Source: Octopus vulgaris (lineage: Eukaryota). From it: a stretch of 64,000 nt of DNA. Of this stretch, positions 14,200 to 28,260 are shown in pieces. Every line of letters begins with the position of its first letter. Within the stretch, counting starts at the first letter, position 1. The stretch covers positions 24,304,001 through 24,368,000 of the forward strand of contig OX597814.1 of NCBI GenBank assembly GCA_951406725.2. The letters are read 5' to 3'. Under the pieces are notes generated by a model. That model did not search any database, was not told the origin of the DNA, and saw only the letters and a program-made list of their open reading frames with translations. The translations under genes were made by a program, and so were the position numbers.

Positions 14200-16341
14200 T
14201 TAGACTTTTGCTAATATATTGATCAAATTTCTTCCACATAGTAGACTTACTTCAAAGTATAAACACAAACTTTCTTTAAATTAACCAGTGCTGATCATTA
14301 ACTTACAATTTACCTGAATTGAAATTTAGTAACTGTAGTTCTACAACTAAGCACAAATTCAAATTGCACCTTATTTCCCCTAAATGCTTTATGATCCTTC
14401 CAGCAGTTTCATGGATTAATCAATCCACCAATAGTATTTTACTCACTAATGCATCTTTGCCATTATAATATACTCTGAGATTGCAGTTTGGTTAGGGATC
14501 AGTGTTAAAATGTTCCAATGCAACTTGATTGCATAAGTGAATAAATAATATAGTCCTACAATAACCTGATGCTGAAATTGTACCAAACATCAAACATCAA
14601 ATTATAAGCCGTGATATATTGAGATATGTAATGTTATTCCATTCTCAATATTACAAGTGGTGTAACAGTGTTCTATTCATCATGATACAAGTAACTCTTT
14701 TCCAAAATGCAAATGGCTTAAGGCAGTGAGCAGGCGAGAACATTAGCATTCTGGGCAAAATGTTTAGGGACACTTTATCAATCTTTACATTCTGGGTTCA
14801 AATTCCATCAAGGTCAACTTTGACTTTCATCCTTTTGAGGTCGCTAAGATAAGTACCAGTCACGTACTGGAGTCGATGTAATCGACTTATCCACTCCCCA
14901 AAATTGCTAGCCTTGTACCAAAACCAATATTCAGATGACATACAGTCCTCCATTTCAGTTAACTTTCTCTCAACTACAACTTTAATCTTTATGCTTTCCA
15001 ATGCTGTTGACTGTTTACCAATACATCAAGCTGTTCTTGTAAAAAGGAGACTTAAAAAATCGTCAGATTTATCCCTAATACTCTATGTATGTGTGCGTGT
15101 GTGTAAATGCATGAATATATGTATTATTTTATTTAAGCCCTTCACTCCCAGTGCAGCATAGACCATCAATGACTTTTCTCTGGGCTATCATTTCTGCTTC
15201 TCTCCAACTAGGTCCTTGACTTTTCATCTCTGCCTCAGTATCTTGCTTCCAGTTATTTGGGGGTGCCAATTATATTAAGAGGACAATATGAAAATACTGA
15301 AATGGAATATAGCACAAAGGGAGAAAACATGTAACTGCTGAAACAGAAGCCTTTTCCCAATAAAAGGCATATATCATGAGAAAAGCACTGCCTAGCAGTA
15401 AGACTCTACAGTCAGTATATCAGCAAGTTATATAAGGCTAAATGAGCACTCCTCTAATGTTGCCTGTACTGGCTCAATAACTCATTCCAAAATCACAACC
15501 TAGAAAATATCACAGCATTTTCAAAGCACATTTAGAAAATGAGACAAAATAGAGATGAGCTGCATTTCATGGGTACTGTGAGATAGGAAACAGATATTTA
15601 GCAATGGATCATATTTCTACTAAATCTTCCTTATAGAGATACGATATATCATCCTCTATCCTAACCCAATTGGGAATAAGAAAGAAACAAATGAATTTCT
15701 ACTTGTTTACAGAGGCTCATATTTTTCTGAGAATTTCAAAGACAACCCATCTTATTTCAACGAGAATTTCAAAGAAAACTCAGCATGATGGATAATAATA
15801 GATGATCTATGCTGGAAAGAGTTATAACAACTTTAACATTCAATACAGTTTTTTAGGTTGATGTATGACAGATGAAGAAGTTCAATGAATCAAACTTCTT
15901 TAATATTTATTATATATTTTACATCTGGGATTAAGCAAATACACATGCATACACATGGCCACATACTACACACAATGGCACATGCACACATTTAGCACAT
16001 TTATTTATTTCATGTATATTTCTTTAGTGTGTTGATTGGCAAGAAAATAGGATGCCAAAATTACTCAACCTTGCATGCTAAGGAAACAGAAATGTATACC
16101 TTTTCTAAAATTTAAGCATTTATTTTTCATCTGAAGAATAGAATGAACTTATTTGAATGTATTTTGTATGTGGGTATATACAAATGAAATAAGTATCAGT
16201 TTATAGACATATGTACTAGAAATTATAATGAGTAAACAATATCAAAAGCGCATACACAAGGTATGTGTTTTGTCCATTTGTGGGAAGACTGTGCTTATAG
16301 TCATAAGAGAATATATTCTCGTTAATTCACAGGTGAATTAA

Positions 16342-16562
16342 CCCTTTCGTTACTGTATTTATTTTGAGATGCTTTGTGTTTCTTTCAATTATTTTAAATA
16401 TAACAAAGAATTTAGTAAAATAACTTAATTATCATTAAGTTAGTGTTAAGAACATAAATTGTGACTAAGGTTTGGTGGAAGATTTTAATTCAGAACTTTT
16501 GAAAACAAGGCATTTGTACTACAGGGCCAGAGCCAGTTTCAGCCGTGTTGGTAACAAAAAGA
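16342..16562. mobile_element. piggyBac-type MITE (CCCTTTCGTTAC termini)
   Basis: TTAA|CCCTTTCGTTAC left end, decayed right end gtaacaaaaaga. Closely similar to 23217-23436. Confidence 0.7.
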
Positions 16563-17871
16563 TCAATGAAAATATATTCTCTTATGCCTATAATCGCAGC
16601 CTGACCACAAACTGGAAAAACACATACCTTGTGTATGTGTGTTCGATATTATTTATACCCTACAGGCTGTTTCTCATTCACATTTGAATATAATGAGTCA
16701 ATAGAGGGCAATAATTTGCATAAAGCAATTTCTGCAATGTCTTGAATGTAAAGTGTATTTCCTCTTCTTTGCCACATTGCTATCATCCAATAACTGACAT
16801 CATTTTCTACTTGAGACTACATTTTATTTATAACCATTTTGGAACTATCAATACATCCCTTGAATAGTCTTCACCACCTCTTGTATACTTTCAGTTTTCC
16901 TTCACTTTGTTGAATATAGCCAATAGATGGTCTACAGCCAAACTCAGCCTTCATTGAAAAATTTTACAATAATTTTCATTAAGTATGTGACCAATTGTAA
17001 TACTGTTCTTATTGATAATACCTAATTGTCTGTGGCAGATTCTTTAAGTAAATAGTTTTATAATGTATAGTTTTCAGGAGACCTGTGTCCATAATACATT
17101 GGATTCTATCAATTTGCTACCCTGGGGACATTGCAAGTCAGCCACTGAGATGTACCCATTAGTAGCAGTGTTGAATGAAGGCTTAAGAAAAGACCAATTT
17201 AACAAGAAGCTGAGAGAATAAAAGACGAGAAGCATTTTAAATGTATCTGGAGAAAGAGACAGAATGTTAAAGTGGTTGTCAGTTAGAAAAGAGTATCAGA
17301 AACAGGGTAAAGTAGGAATTATTTGAGATGAATGCCAGTAAGAAGACTTTGAGAAAGAAGTGGTATTGTCATAACATTATTATCATAAGATAGCATTAAT
17401 ACATTGGTTTTTCTGTATGTTATTTATATGGAAATGGTAAAGAAAAATATTTCTAACCCTGCCAAAATAAAACATTTATGGCAACATAGTATTATTCCAG
17501 CGATAACATTCACTGCTATTGAGAGTGCATCTAGGGATCTGATGGTGTTTGACACTCTCAGAATATATATTTTTTATTTCACATTCACACACACACACAT
17601 ACACAAAAGATAACCTCTTATTCTTTAAAAACCTACATCATTGACAGAATCTGCTGTCTCACAAAATCTCATATTTGTAGCTTTTACAAAACTATAAATT
17701 ATACTGGGACTTGAACATTTCAGTCTCAAGCATACTTTAGTGCTTTGGCTTTTGGTAAATCCAAATAGAGCACATCACTGATTCTTGTGCTAATACATCC
17801 AACCTTAAATACATACATATACACATACTTACATATATCTACATACGTATATATATATATATATATATATA

Positions 17872-18300
17872 TGGCTGTGAGATAAAACTGCTTCTCAACC
17901 ACATGGTTCAGGGTTCAGTCCTACTGTGTGGAACCTTGAGTAAGTATCTTTTACTACAACCTTGGGCCAACCAAAGCTTTGTGAGTGGATTTGGTAGACA
18001 GAAACCGAAAGGAGCCTTACATATATATATATGTATATATTTATGTGTGTATGTGCATGCGTGCACATACACACATGTGTGTGTGAGTGTTTGCCCCCAC
18101 TATCTCTTGACAACGGATGTTGATGTGTTTACGTTCCTGTAACTTAGCTGTTTGGCAAAAGAGATCGATAGAATAAGTACTAGGCTTACAAAGAATAAGT
18201 TCTAGGGCCAATTTCTTCAACTAAAAACTTTTTAAGGCAGTACTCCAGCATGGCCACAGTCAAATGACTGAAACAAGGAAAAGAATAAAAGGATAAAAGA
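17872..18300 (+). mobile_element. Major-family SINE
   Basis: Matches the 3765-4212 copy, more diverged. Confidence 0.85.
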
Positions 18301-18835
18301 TTATATATGATTTTATTTTATGGATTCATAAAAATCAAGGCACATCAACTCATAGGATGCCAAAAATGGTTAAGTAGAATAACATACAACTCTTAATGAA
18401 ATAAACAACATTGAATGCATTGAGTGTTGATAGGATACTGTGGATATGCAAATACCAAATCCAATTTAAACCATAGGTTTGACTAAGAGTTGGATCCTTG
18501 GTGTGGTGTAGGTAGAGAAAGTCAACACAAATGGCATTTAACATTTCTGGCTGCTGTTTTGGTAGAATTTTATTAATTTAATAGTCATAAAATATTACAT
18601 CATAATATATAATCCATCATCATTAGATGAATTTTAAACAGGCAAGAATTTAAACCTCGACCTTGACATTGACAGCATTCATGGAACTACATGCACGTGT
18701 GTGTATTTATACATATATATAAATGCACTAATGTTTTAGAGTATATTTTTTGGATGTATGAACTACTGACCACGCACACACACAAACAGTGAAAGAGAAT
18801 GTTTTCATCCCTATTTTTTCTTTTATACACACACA

Positions 18836-18894
<59 letters not shown>

Positions 18895-18968
18895 CCAATT
18901 TTATAGTAAAATATATTATATTATATTATATTAAATTAGAGAAAAACACACACACACATACACATATA

Positions 18969-19205
18969 CAGGGTGTCCCAGAAGTCGCGCAACATTCTGG
19001 TTTTCATTTTATAATAACTAAAGCATTTAATTATGTCCCAGAAGTCGTGCAACATTTTTTTCTGCATGTTTTATTTTTCTGCATGTTTTGTAGAGGGTGC
19101 TCAATTTGAGCATTTGTTATGATTAATTTCAATAACGTGTTTTTGAAATCAGTGAGGGTGTATTCTTTTAAAAAAACCAGGGTGGTGCATGACTTCTGGG
19201 ACACC

Positions 19206-19208
<3 letters not shown>
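18969..19208. mobile_element. Tc1/mariner-type MITE
   Basis: Perfect 18-bp TIR CAGGGTGTCCCAGAAGTC / GACTTCTGGGACACCCTG with TA on both sides, plus an internal copy of tgtcccagaagtc. Confidence 0.9.
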
Positions 19209-19242
<34 letters not shown>

Positions 19243-19245
<3 letters not shown>

Positions 19246-19604
19246 CGTTGCTCAGGTTTGTAAGGAAATAACTATAAAGCATTTTTAGAGAGTTATAGCC
19301 AAAAAATAGCAAAAAAATGGAAAAAAATGATGGTAAATTTTTTTGAGAGTTAAAAAGGTGGAGTTGCGTCCCTAGACGGTCTGTGGTTTGGGTTTTTGAT
19401 TCTCGACCCCATGTCGAATTTATCGATTTTTCAGAACTGGGGAACTTTTCAAAATTTTCGCTGCGTTAGTTTTGAATTATGACATTGGGCTATGTGTGTG
19501 TCAAGTTTCATCAGAATCGGTTGAAAGCCGTGGTCAGAGTGAGGGTACGAGAAAACAGACACACAGAAAACGCACAGACAAACTGCCGTTTATATAGAGA
19601 GAGA
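19243..19604 (-). mobile_element. Non-autonomous Helitron, 3' CTAG end lost
   Basis: Shares the cggcgttgctc..gtttgtaagg(g)aaataactata subterminal block with 9718-10117 and has a TC start on the minus strand. Confidence 0.7.
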
Positions 19605-19900
19605 TATATCAAAAGATGTGTTATAATACAATTCCACAGACATAAAAATAATCCAATAATACTAATCCACATATACAAAAACAGTCATACCAACAATCCA
19701 GTATGTCTCCATCATCAGCTGCTTCATGGATATCGTTATGGTCTTGACACCTGGGCAGTACCATTCAATCTGGCAGTGTCAACAGCACTAAAATAAGTGT
19801 TGTTTGGGAATAAATAAACCAAAGAAGCCCCAACTTTTGAACACATTTATCCAATGTACAACCGTATCAATAAATAAATTCATAAGTAAATTACACCCCC

Positions 19901-19969
<69 letters not shown>

Positions 19970-20032
19970 TTAATTAATAAAACATATATCAGAAGAGAAG
20001 CACACTCTGAAGAAGAGAGTAGTAATTATTAC

Positions 20033-20166
20033 AACAGAAATTAAAATTTTGAACATAGAGTTATAGAGTTACCTAAGGTTTCATATCTGACGAGCTGTCC
20101 ACAAGGCTTTGCCTTTGTGGATACAAGACCTTAGATAACTTTATGTCCAAAATTAAAATTTTTGTT
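20033..20166. mobile_element. Foldback element with hammerhead motif
   Basis: Inverted arms aacagaaattaaaattttgaacatagagtta / taactttatgtccaaaattaaaatttttgtt. CTGACGA at 20087 is followed by a long stem II. Confidence 0.65.
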
Positions 20167-21159
20167 AAATATATATATATATCTCATCAGTAGTTCAAAT
20201 ATAAAAAAGAAAAGCTTCCTCTAAAGCATTAGAGCAGTAATATAATTTTATAGATATATACATACATGCATTGAATTCTGAAACATTTTTCTGTATATCC
20301 TCTTTTTTCATGTATCATCTGTATTTTCTTACATACTAACTATGAGAAGTAAAGAGTGCTCTACTTAATTAACTGTAAACAAATATAATCATCTTCTCTG
20401 CTTAAAAAAGATACTAAGAAAAGAAATATCATCTTATATTGCCATTGACATAATTCAGAAGGAAGTTTTGGTAATCTAAAACAAATAAATGTGGACTTAA
20501 TTTTCTACGAAAAAAGAATCTTGTAAAATCTGAATATGATTGCTCTTCAAATATATAATAAAATTATATTTTTAAGACAGTGATTTTATCACGGATGCAA
20601 AATCTCTGTTGACAAAATTTCCTTTTAAATGAAGACAACACTGCGCCACAATGAATATAAAATTGCTGTATATAGTTGGAAACTTGAAAAAAATATTCAA
20701 ATTCTCAAACTGGGGGAAAAATTATATATTTTAATTAATTTGCTATAAAAAAACAAAAACATTTCAATAATTTAAAAATTATATTGTTTTAATTACATTT
20801 TAATAGCTGATTTGAATCCTCAGTTAAATTCAGTCACCAAACTCCAATTTTCTTCCAGCCTCTTTCCCTTATTAAAATATGCATTTTTTATAAGTTTCTC
20901 ACCCAGGTGATAATCAATTTAATTAACAGTAACTTTTGCACTCTTGAAATAACTTTTATTTGGGTATCAATTTTCTAATCTGATGATATAGAAAAATTAA
21001 TTATTTGAAAATATTACCACTGAAAACATTGATTCATTGAGACACTGGAAATTTGAAAAAACGTGTTCCATTGACCTGAATTTATGAAATGCAGAGTCAT
21101 ATTAATGCAATGTTTACTACTTAACTGTTTCCTCACTACTACATACACAACTCTTTTAA

Positions 21160-21368
21160 CTCCTTAGCATTTAGATTACTCTGTTAAATGTAATGCTTAT
21201 ATATTCAAGTTATTTTGATGACATTATTTGATGATATTATTGTTTGATGACATTATTCTTAGGAGAATGACATTCAAGTGTAGGTGTAAAAGGCCAGATC
21301 CAACCAGTTTCAACATAAAGCAGATGGAATATTTGAGCCTGCTATAACCTGGTTTAAATGCTAAAGGA
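21160..21368. mobile_element. piggyBac-type MITE (13771 family, opposite orientation)
   Basis: TTAA|CTCCTTAGCATTTA ... TAAATGCTAAAGGA|TTAA. Confidence 0.65.
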
Positions 21369-21821
21369 TTAACATTCTTTTAATAACACTGAATTTAAAT
21401 GTATTGACGATCATGGTTTGTGAGAAGGTTTCTTTAAATATAATTGTTTTTGAGCAGTTTTATATAACATATTCATGTTCTGTTATTTTTTTATTATTTT
21501 CTTTGAGTCAAGTTGATAAGGACATTTTATAAACAGGTGTGAAAGCTGAAGACAATTAACGTGAAGAAGTTTGTTGCTAATCGAAGTCCTTTACCTTTAG
21601 AATAGAGGTGAATAGTTAGTCTAATTTGAAGGCACGTCCAAGAGTAATTGAAAATTTAATGCAATGAAGATGCTTTAGCTTTCGGAGATAAATTAATTTG
21701 AAAATATGTCCAAAATATTTCAGAATAAATAAGTAATTTTTACACAAACACAAAATGCATATTGATATATATTAACATATGTAATTTTACAACTTAAATT
21801 AGGAATGCTCTCTTTCTCTCT

Positions 21822-22195
21822 TTCACTTGTTTCAGTCATTTGACTGTAGCCATGCTGGAGCACCACCTTTAGTCGATCAAATCAACCCCAGGACTTATTC
21901 TTTGTAAGTCTAGTACTTATTCTATCGGTCTCTTTTGCCGAACCACTAATTTACAGGGACATAAGACAAGTGATGGTGGGGGTACAAACACAGACCCACA
22001 AATATGTAGATAAATATATACATATATATATTTTTATGATAGGTTTCTTTCAGTTTCTGTGTACTAAATCAACTCACAAGGCTTTGGTCAGCCCGAGGTT
22101 AATGTAGAAGACGCTTGCTCGAGGTGCCATGTAGTGGGACTGAACCCAAGACCATGTGATTGGAAAGCAAGCTTATTACCATACAGCCACTCCTA
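21822..22195 (-). mobile_element. Major-family SINE
   Basis: Reverse complement of the 3765 family. Confidence 0.85.
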
Positions 22196-23154
22196 TTTTT
22201 GAACAACAAATGCAATCATTTAGAGCCATCTCAAAATGGTTTTTGCTCAGTAAGGTTTACTCTACTCTTCATTACCAAACTAATATTTGAGGCTCTTCCC
22301 TACTATCCTATTGATATCCTGATCCTTGTCCCTAGTGAACATGCCCTGGTACTTCACCACCATCTTTCTCCTGCTGTCTTTTACTCTTGCTCTCTTCCAT
22401 TCTCCCCCTTTCTCTTGATCTTTTCCTCTTGCTGTATCCCTCTGACTGGTTGACCATGTATCTCTTCTACAGCAACACACTTCTTACTGGCCTCAATCTT
22501 GATCACTCTTTCTCTCCCTCTCTCTCTTTCTCTGATTGGGTAACCATGTATCCCCCTCTACAGCAAGACACCTGTTTCTGTCTCTCTGTCACACTATAAC
22601 CTTTCATTATCTGGCACATGATCAGCTCCTCCAATACCACATCCCCTCTCAAAGGATCTTTCTTTCGCCAGTTACTTGATGACTCTACTAGTGTTGGTGC
22701 CACATAAAAAGCATCCAGTCTTCAAGGTAAAGTGTTTGGCATTTGGAAACGAATCCAACCATAAAAACCCTGCCAAAACAGACAACAAAGTGTGGTCTTC
22801 TGCCTGGCCAGCACCTGTCAAACCATCCACCTCATGCCAGCATGGAAAGTGAACGTTATGTGATGATGATGATGAGGAGGAGGAGGGGGAGGAGGAGGGG
22901 GAACTGTTTATAAGAGCCACACCTTTGTCAATTCTGTCATGATTTTCAAACTTCATTATTATAATTTTCTCTGCTTTTCACTATCATTCAAGACACAACA
23001 CCTTCAGAATAGTTGTACTCACCTATTTCAAAGCTTTTCAATGAAAGATACGTTCTGCACCAGTGGTTCCAAACCTGGATCCCCAAAGGTAATATTTGCT
23101 GTCTGTGTACAGCATCCAACATTATAAAAAGCTGCTATGTAAAATATATATATT

Positions 23155-23607
23155 TCTTTATTACCCACAAGGGGCTAAACATAGAGGGGACAAACAAGGA
23201 CAGACAAAGGGATTAACCCTTTCATTACTGTATTTATTTTGAGATGCTCTGTGTTTCTTTCAATTATTTTAAATATAACAAAGAATTTAGTAAAATAACT
23301 TAGTTATCATTCAGCTAGTGTTAGGAACATAAATTGTGACTAAGGCTTGGTGGAATATTTTAATTCAAAACTTACAAAAACAAGACTAATTACCACAGAG
23401 CTAGAGCCGGTTTTGGCCGGGTTAGTAACAAAAGGGTGAAGTCGATTACATCGACCCCAGTGCGTAACTGGTACTTAATTTATCGACCCCGAAAGGATGA
23501 AAGGCAAAGTCGACCTCGGCGGAATTTGAACTAGGAACGTAACGACAGACGAAATACTGCTACGAATTTCGCCTGGCGTGCTAACGTTTCTACCAGCTCG
23601 CCGCCCA
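23155..23607 (-). mobile_element. SINE (8859 family) split by a MITE
   Basis: The intact family sequence gggattaagtcgattacatcg is interrupted exactly at TTAA. Confidence 0.8.
23217..23436. mobile_element. piggyBac-type MITE
   Basis: TTAA|CCCTTTCATTAC ... GTAACAAAAGGG|TGAA (mutated TTAA TSD). Confidence 0.8.
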
Positions 23608-24159
23608 AATGTAAAATATATAATAACTCTATATAACTCTATAATAACTCAAATGTAAAATATATAATAACTATGTAAAATATATAATAACTCAGTTTAC
23701 GAATGGTTATACTTCATGGTAGTGAGACACAAGCTCTGAATATAGAGGACATGCATAGACTAGAGAGGAATGATGGCAATATGCTTCATTCGATGTGCAG
23801 CATCAATATACATGAACGACAAATTACAATTGTGTTGAGAGAAAAGTTGGGCATAAGAGGAATCAAATGCAGCATAGGTTAGGAAGGGCATCCAGCTGTT
23901 AAAATCCTACCAAGACATTCACAGAAGTCTGGTGCAGGCTTCGGCCTGGCTGACTCTTGTAGTACTGTTCCACCCATGCTAGTATGGAACACAGACGTGA
24001 AAAGATAATGATAAAACTAGGTAAATAAGTTTATTGCTATCATTTATCTGTTAGAGGTTTTAATCATTGAACTGAGGCCATGATGAGGAACCGCTTTGAA
24101 AAGTTTAGCTGAAAAAAAAATCTCCTTCAGTATATACTTGTTAAGCCTGGTGCTTACTC

Positions 24160-24575
24160 TCTTTTACTCTTTTACTCTTTTACTTGTTTCAGTCATTTGA
24201 CTGCGGCCATGCTGGAGCATCGCCTTTTAGTCGAGCAAATCGACCCCGGGACTTATTCTTTGTAAGCCCAATACTTATTGTATCGGTCTCTTTTTGCCGA
24301 ACCACTAAGTGACGGGGATGTAAACACACCAGCATCGGTTGTCAAGCAATGCTAGGGGACAAACACAGACACACAAACATACACACACATACATATATAT
24401 ACACATATATCCGACAGGCTTCTTTCAGTTTCCGTCTACCAAATCCACTCACAAGGCATTGGTCGGCCTGGGGCTATAGCAGAAGACACTTGCCCAAGAT
24501 GCCACGCAGTGGGACTGAACCCGGAACCTTGTGGTTGGTAAGCAAGCTACTTACCACACAGCCACTCCTGCGCCT
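24160..24575 (-). mobile_element. Major-family SINE, young full-length copy
   Basis: CpG-retaining reverse copy with an (aaagagta)n tail. Confidence 0.9.
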
Positions 24576-25397
24576 ATTAGTTTCTTTTGTTAAACCAATA
24601 AGTTACAGGGACATAACGAAACTAACACCGATCGTCAAATGTGAGGGACAAAGATAAGCACAAACACATACACACATGCATGAAAGACTTCCACGTAGTT
24701 TCTATTCACCAAATTCATTCACAAGACATTAATTGGCCCAGAGCTCTAATAGAAGACAAATGCTCAAGATGCCATGCAGAGAGACTGAATCATAAACCAC
24801 ACAGCAGCAAAGCAAGCTTCATAATCACACAGTTATGCCTGTGTCTATGTCAGTCAATAAAATCAGCTTATTAAGTTGACCTTCAAAAACTTGGAATCCA
24901 TGCAAAAATTTATTTAAATAAAAGGAGCTTTTAGAAGTATAAAGGACAGGTTTCTCCGTTCTCCACATTAATCAACCTATATATGTAAGAACAGTTACTT
25001 CATAAGTATTGTATTGATTTACAACAATATTAATCCATTGAACCTCTTTTATATAATAGATCTCTTCCAGTCAATTTGTAGAAAGCTGTGCTACACTGTA
25101 GTCTGTACCAGTTAGAAATTGCTATAGTCAAAGGCATATGAAACATTGTGGTTCTAAAACATACAACTATAAATTGCAGAACAGAAGAACTAATTATGTC
25201 TTGTATGAGGAATAGAAGGAGCATCTTATTTTCTGTTCCTCATAAATTGTTATTCTGTTTATTAATTTCATTCCTGAATAAATCTCCATATATAATATTG
25301 CTACATTCGATTTCTTCTGAGTGATGTGTTATAAAAGAAGCAAACCATATATATATATAATTTCCAAGTACATTTATGTTTGTATACACACACACAG

Positions 25398-25431
<34 letters not shown>

Positions 25432-25787
25432 GCACACACATATGTACTTGAAAATAGGTGAGGGTTGGTGACAGGAAGGAAATCTTGTAAAAAAACCTGC
25501 CTCAATAAATTTCGTCCACTCAGTGTAATCATGCGAAAATGGGCATTAAAATGATGCTGATGATAATGATGATGATGATGATATACATATATATATATTA
25601 GGTTGTCAAATATGAAATTTGTAGTAAGGGATAGGTAAATTTTGACTGCTGCTCATTTTGTGCCATTATTATATTTTGACAATCTTTATTTTTTGTTAGA
25701 AAGCTGACACATCTATTTCTTTATTCTAACTCATTTTGCACTTTATAAAGTACCTATAAATCATTTTTTGGTATTTTTGTTTAGAGA

Positions 25788-26760
25788 TGGATCATGTTGC
25801 TTCATCAGCAAAATATGTCCTTCATGAACATTAGCAAGCAATTAAGATGCAGCAGAACTATTTGTGTTCAAGCATGGAAGCTTTACCAAGCCACTAGCCA
25901 ATACAAAGATCGGCAAAGAATGGGCACTCTGAGAAAAACAACAGTACAAATGGATTGGCGAATTCATAGGTTCTCTGAAGGTAACTAAATGCTAATAGCA
26001 GTGGACATTTGCAAGCAAGTATTTGATGAAACTGACAACAGCTTTACACTGCCTAAAAGAATTTGGACTGTAAGGCCAGATCACTTAAAAGAAGCTGAAG
26101 ATTTCTGAGATGAACCAGCGGAAGTGGATCAAGTTAGCTAAAAGTCATAATGAATGGATGGCCAAAAACTGTTCAAAAATTCTTTGGAGTGACGAATCCC
26201 ATTTCTGCATCTTTGGATCAGACAGAAAGACTTATGTTAGATACCGTCCAACAGAAGAATTCCATCCTAAGTGTGTGAAGAAAATGGTGCAAGTGGAAGG
26301 TGGGCGTGGGGAGTAATGGTGTGGGCTGCATTCAGCAGCTTAGGTGTTAGTCCAGTTGTTAAGGTTGATGGCTGACTGAACAGTGTAGATTATCTGCAAT
26401 TAGTAAATGAAAATGTGCTGCTATATTTAAATAATCAGATGCCACTGGGATCTATTTTCCAGCAGGACAATTGCTTTGTTCTTAAGGCTAGGAAAATTTT
26501 GCAATATTATGAGTGCAATAACACGGTGGTTATTGAGTGGCCTCTACAGAGCCCATATTTGAATGCAATAAAATATTTATGCAATTATGTTTCTAAAAGA
26601 GTTCATGCTAAAAACAACCAACAAATTAGTCTCAATTATCTAATTTTATGGAAGAAATATGGCAGAACATTCCAAGTGATTTTTGTGCTCATCTGTCGAG
26701 CACCATGTTCCACTGTTGTAAGGCTATAATTGAAATTGATGGTTATAGAACTAGATACTA
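25788..26760 (+). pseudogene. Tc1-family DD34E-type transposase pseudogene
   Basis: ILWSDES..FGSD, VMVWAAFS, IFQQDN and IEWPLQSPYLNAIK (a decayed WPPQSPDLNPIE) spread over ORFs 25794, 26110 and 26415, with stops and frameshifts. Confidence 0.92.
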
Positions 26761-26824
26761 ATAATAAATTTTTGTTTGTTGATTATTTATGCCATAAATT
26801 TTCAATTTAAATAAAATAATGTTG

Positions 26825-27049
26825 GTACAGTATTAAACTTATTTTGCCAACAATTTTTAATCATTTCAATTAATTTTGCATTAAAATTATTCAAATTGTA
26901 GGAAGATATACAACACCTCTATCATTCAAAAGAGGAAAAAATTCTACATAAACTGTAAAAAGTAAAATAATTTTATACAGTTGCACTAAAAATAAATTAA
27001 TGAAGGAATAGAACTGTCATCATCGGTCTTAAACTTATTTTGGCCAGTG
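26825..27049. mobile_element. Right terminal repeat of the Tc1 element (IR/DR-like)
   Basis: Ends CAGTG|TA. The motif ttaaacttattttg(g)cc occurs at ~26833 and ~27029. Confidence 0.6.
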
Positions 27050-27878
27050 TATAAAGATATTGAAATAAAAAAAACACAAATTATACAAATAAATTAAAAG
27101 TTGTAAAGCTTAAAAAGAAAATGGGAGATGCAGAAAACACCTACATATGTTTCATTTCTAACTCCTAGTTGATATGCAATTCTAAGCATTTGGTTTTATG
27201 CTAAGAATGGTATCATTTTTAACTTCTTTAGGGTCATTATCAGCTTATAGAACTAAGGTTAACATTTTTCTTGGAAGGATTTATATAGAATATATATATA
27301 GGCATAGATTTTATTGTGCTTGAATTCTTCAGGATTATTATGAGCTTAAAGAATTAAGGATGCATACAGAATATATATACACAAACATTTTAATTGTTGA
27401 GAAATATTTGAATCAAACATGATTGCAATAGATCGTCGTCACCATCATCATCATCGTTTAACGTCCGCTTTCCATGCCAGCATGGGTTGGACGATTTGAC
27501 TGAGGTTTGGTGAACCAGATGGCTGCACCAGACTCCAATCTGATCTTGCAAAGTTTCTACAGCTGGATGCCCTTTTCTGTAATTTAAAATAATCTTCTCT
27601 GTTATGTAATTTTATGACTAACTTCACATTGACAAAATTGCTGTTTCACCAAAATAACATTTATTTTATTTTAACATCGAGTAACATTCTAAATCTCTAT
27701 ATGTGAAATCCAAACCAACAAGGTAAATTCAGTGTTTTTATTCACTCTTTGAGAAATAAGTGCTAATATTACTTAAATTGCTGAACAATGGCAACTTAAT
27801 GTGATTTAATAAGATCTACTGTAAGACAGAAAAAATTTAAAAATTTATGTGTAGCTTGTAATCAGTAAAATATGACTA

Positions 27879-28260
27879 GGCGCAGGAGTGGCTGTGTGGT
27901 AAGTAGCTTGCTTACCAACCACATGGTTCCGGGTTCAGTCCCACTGCGTGGCATCTTGGGCAAGTGTCTTCTGCTATAGCCCCGGGCCAACCAATGCCTT
28001 GTGAGTGGATTTGGTAGACGGAAACTGAAAGAAGCCTGTCGTATATATGTATATATATGTGTGTGTCTGTGTTTGTCTGTATATGGTGGTGTGTTTACGT
28101 CCCCGTCACTTAGCGGTTCGGCAAAAGAGACCGATAGAATAAGTACTGGGCTTACAAAGAATAAGTTCCGGGGTCAATTTGCTCGACTAAAAGGCGGTGC
28201 CCCAGCATGGCCGCAGTCAAATGACTGAAACAAGTAAAAGAGTAAAGAGTAAAAGAGTAA
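27879..28260 (+). mobile_element. Major-family SINE, young copy
   Basis: Very similar to 24160-24575 but in the opposite orientation. Confidence 0.9.
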
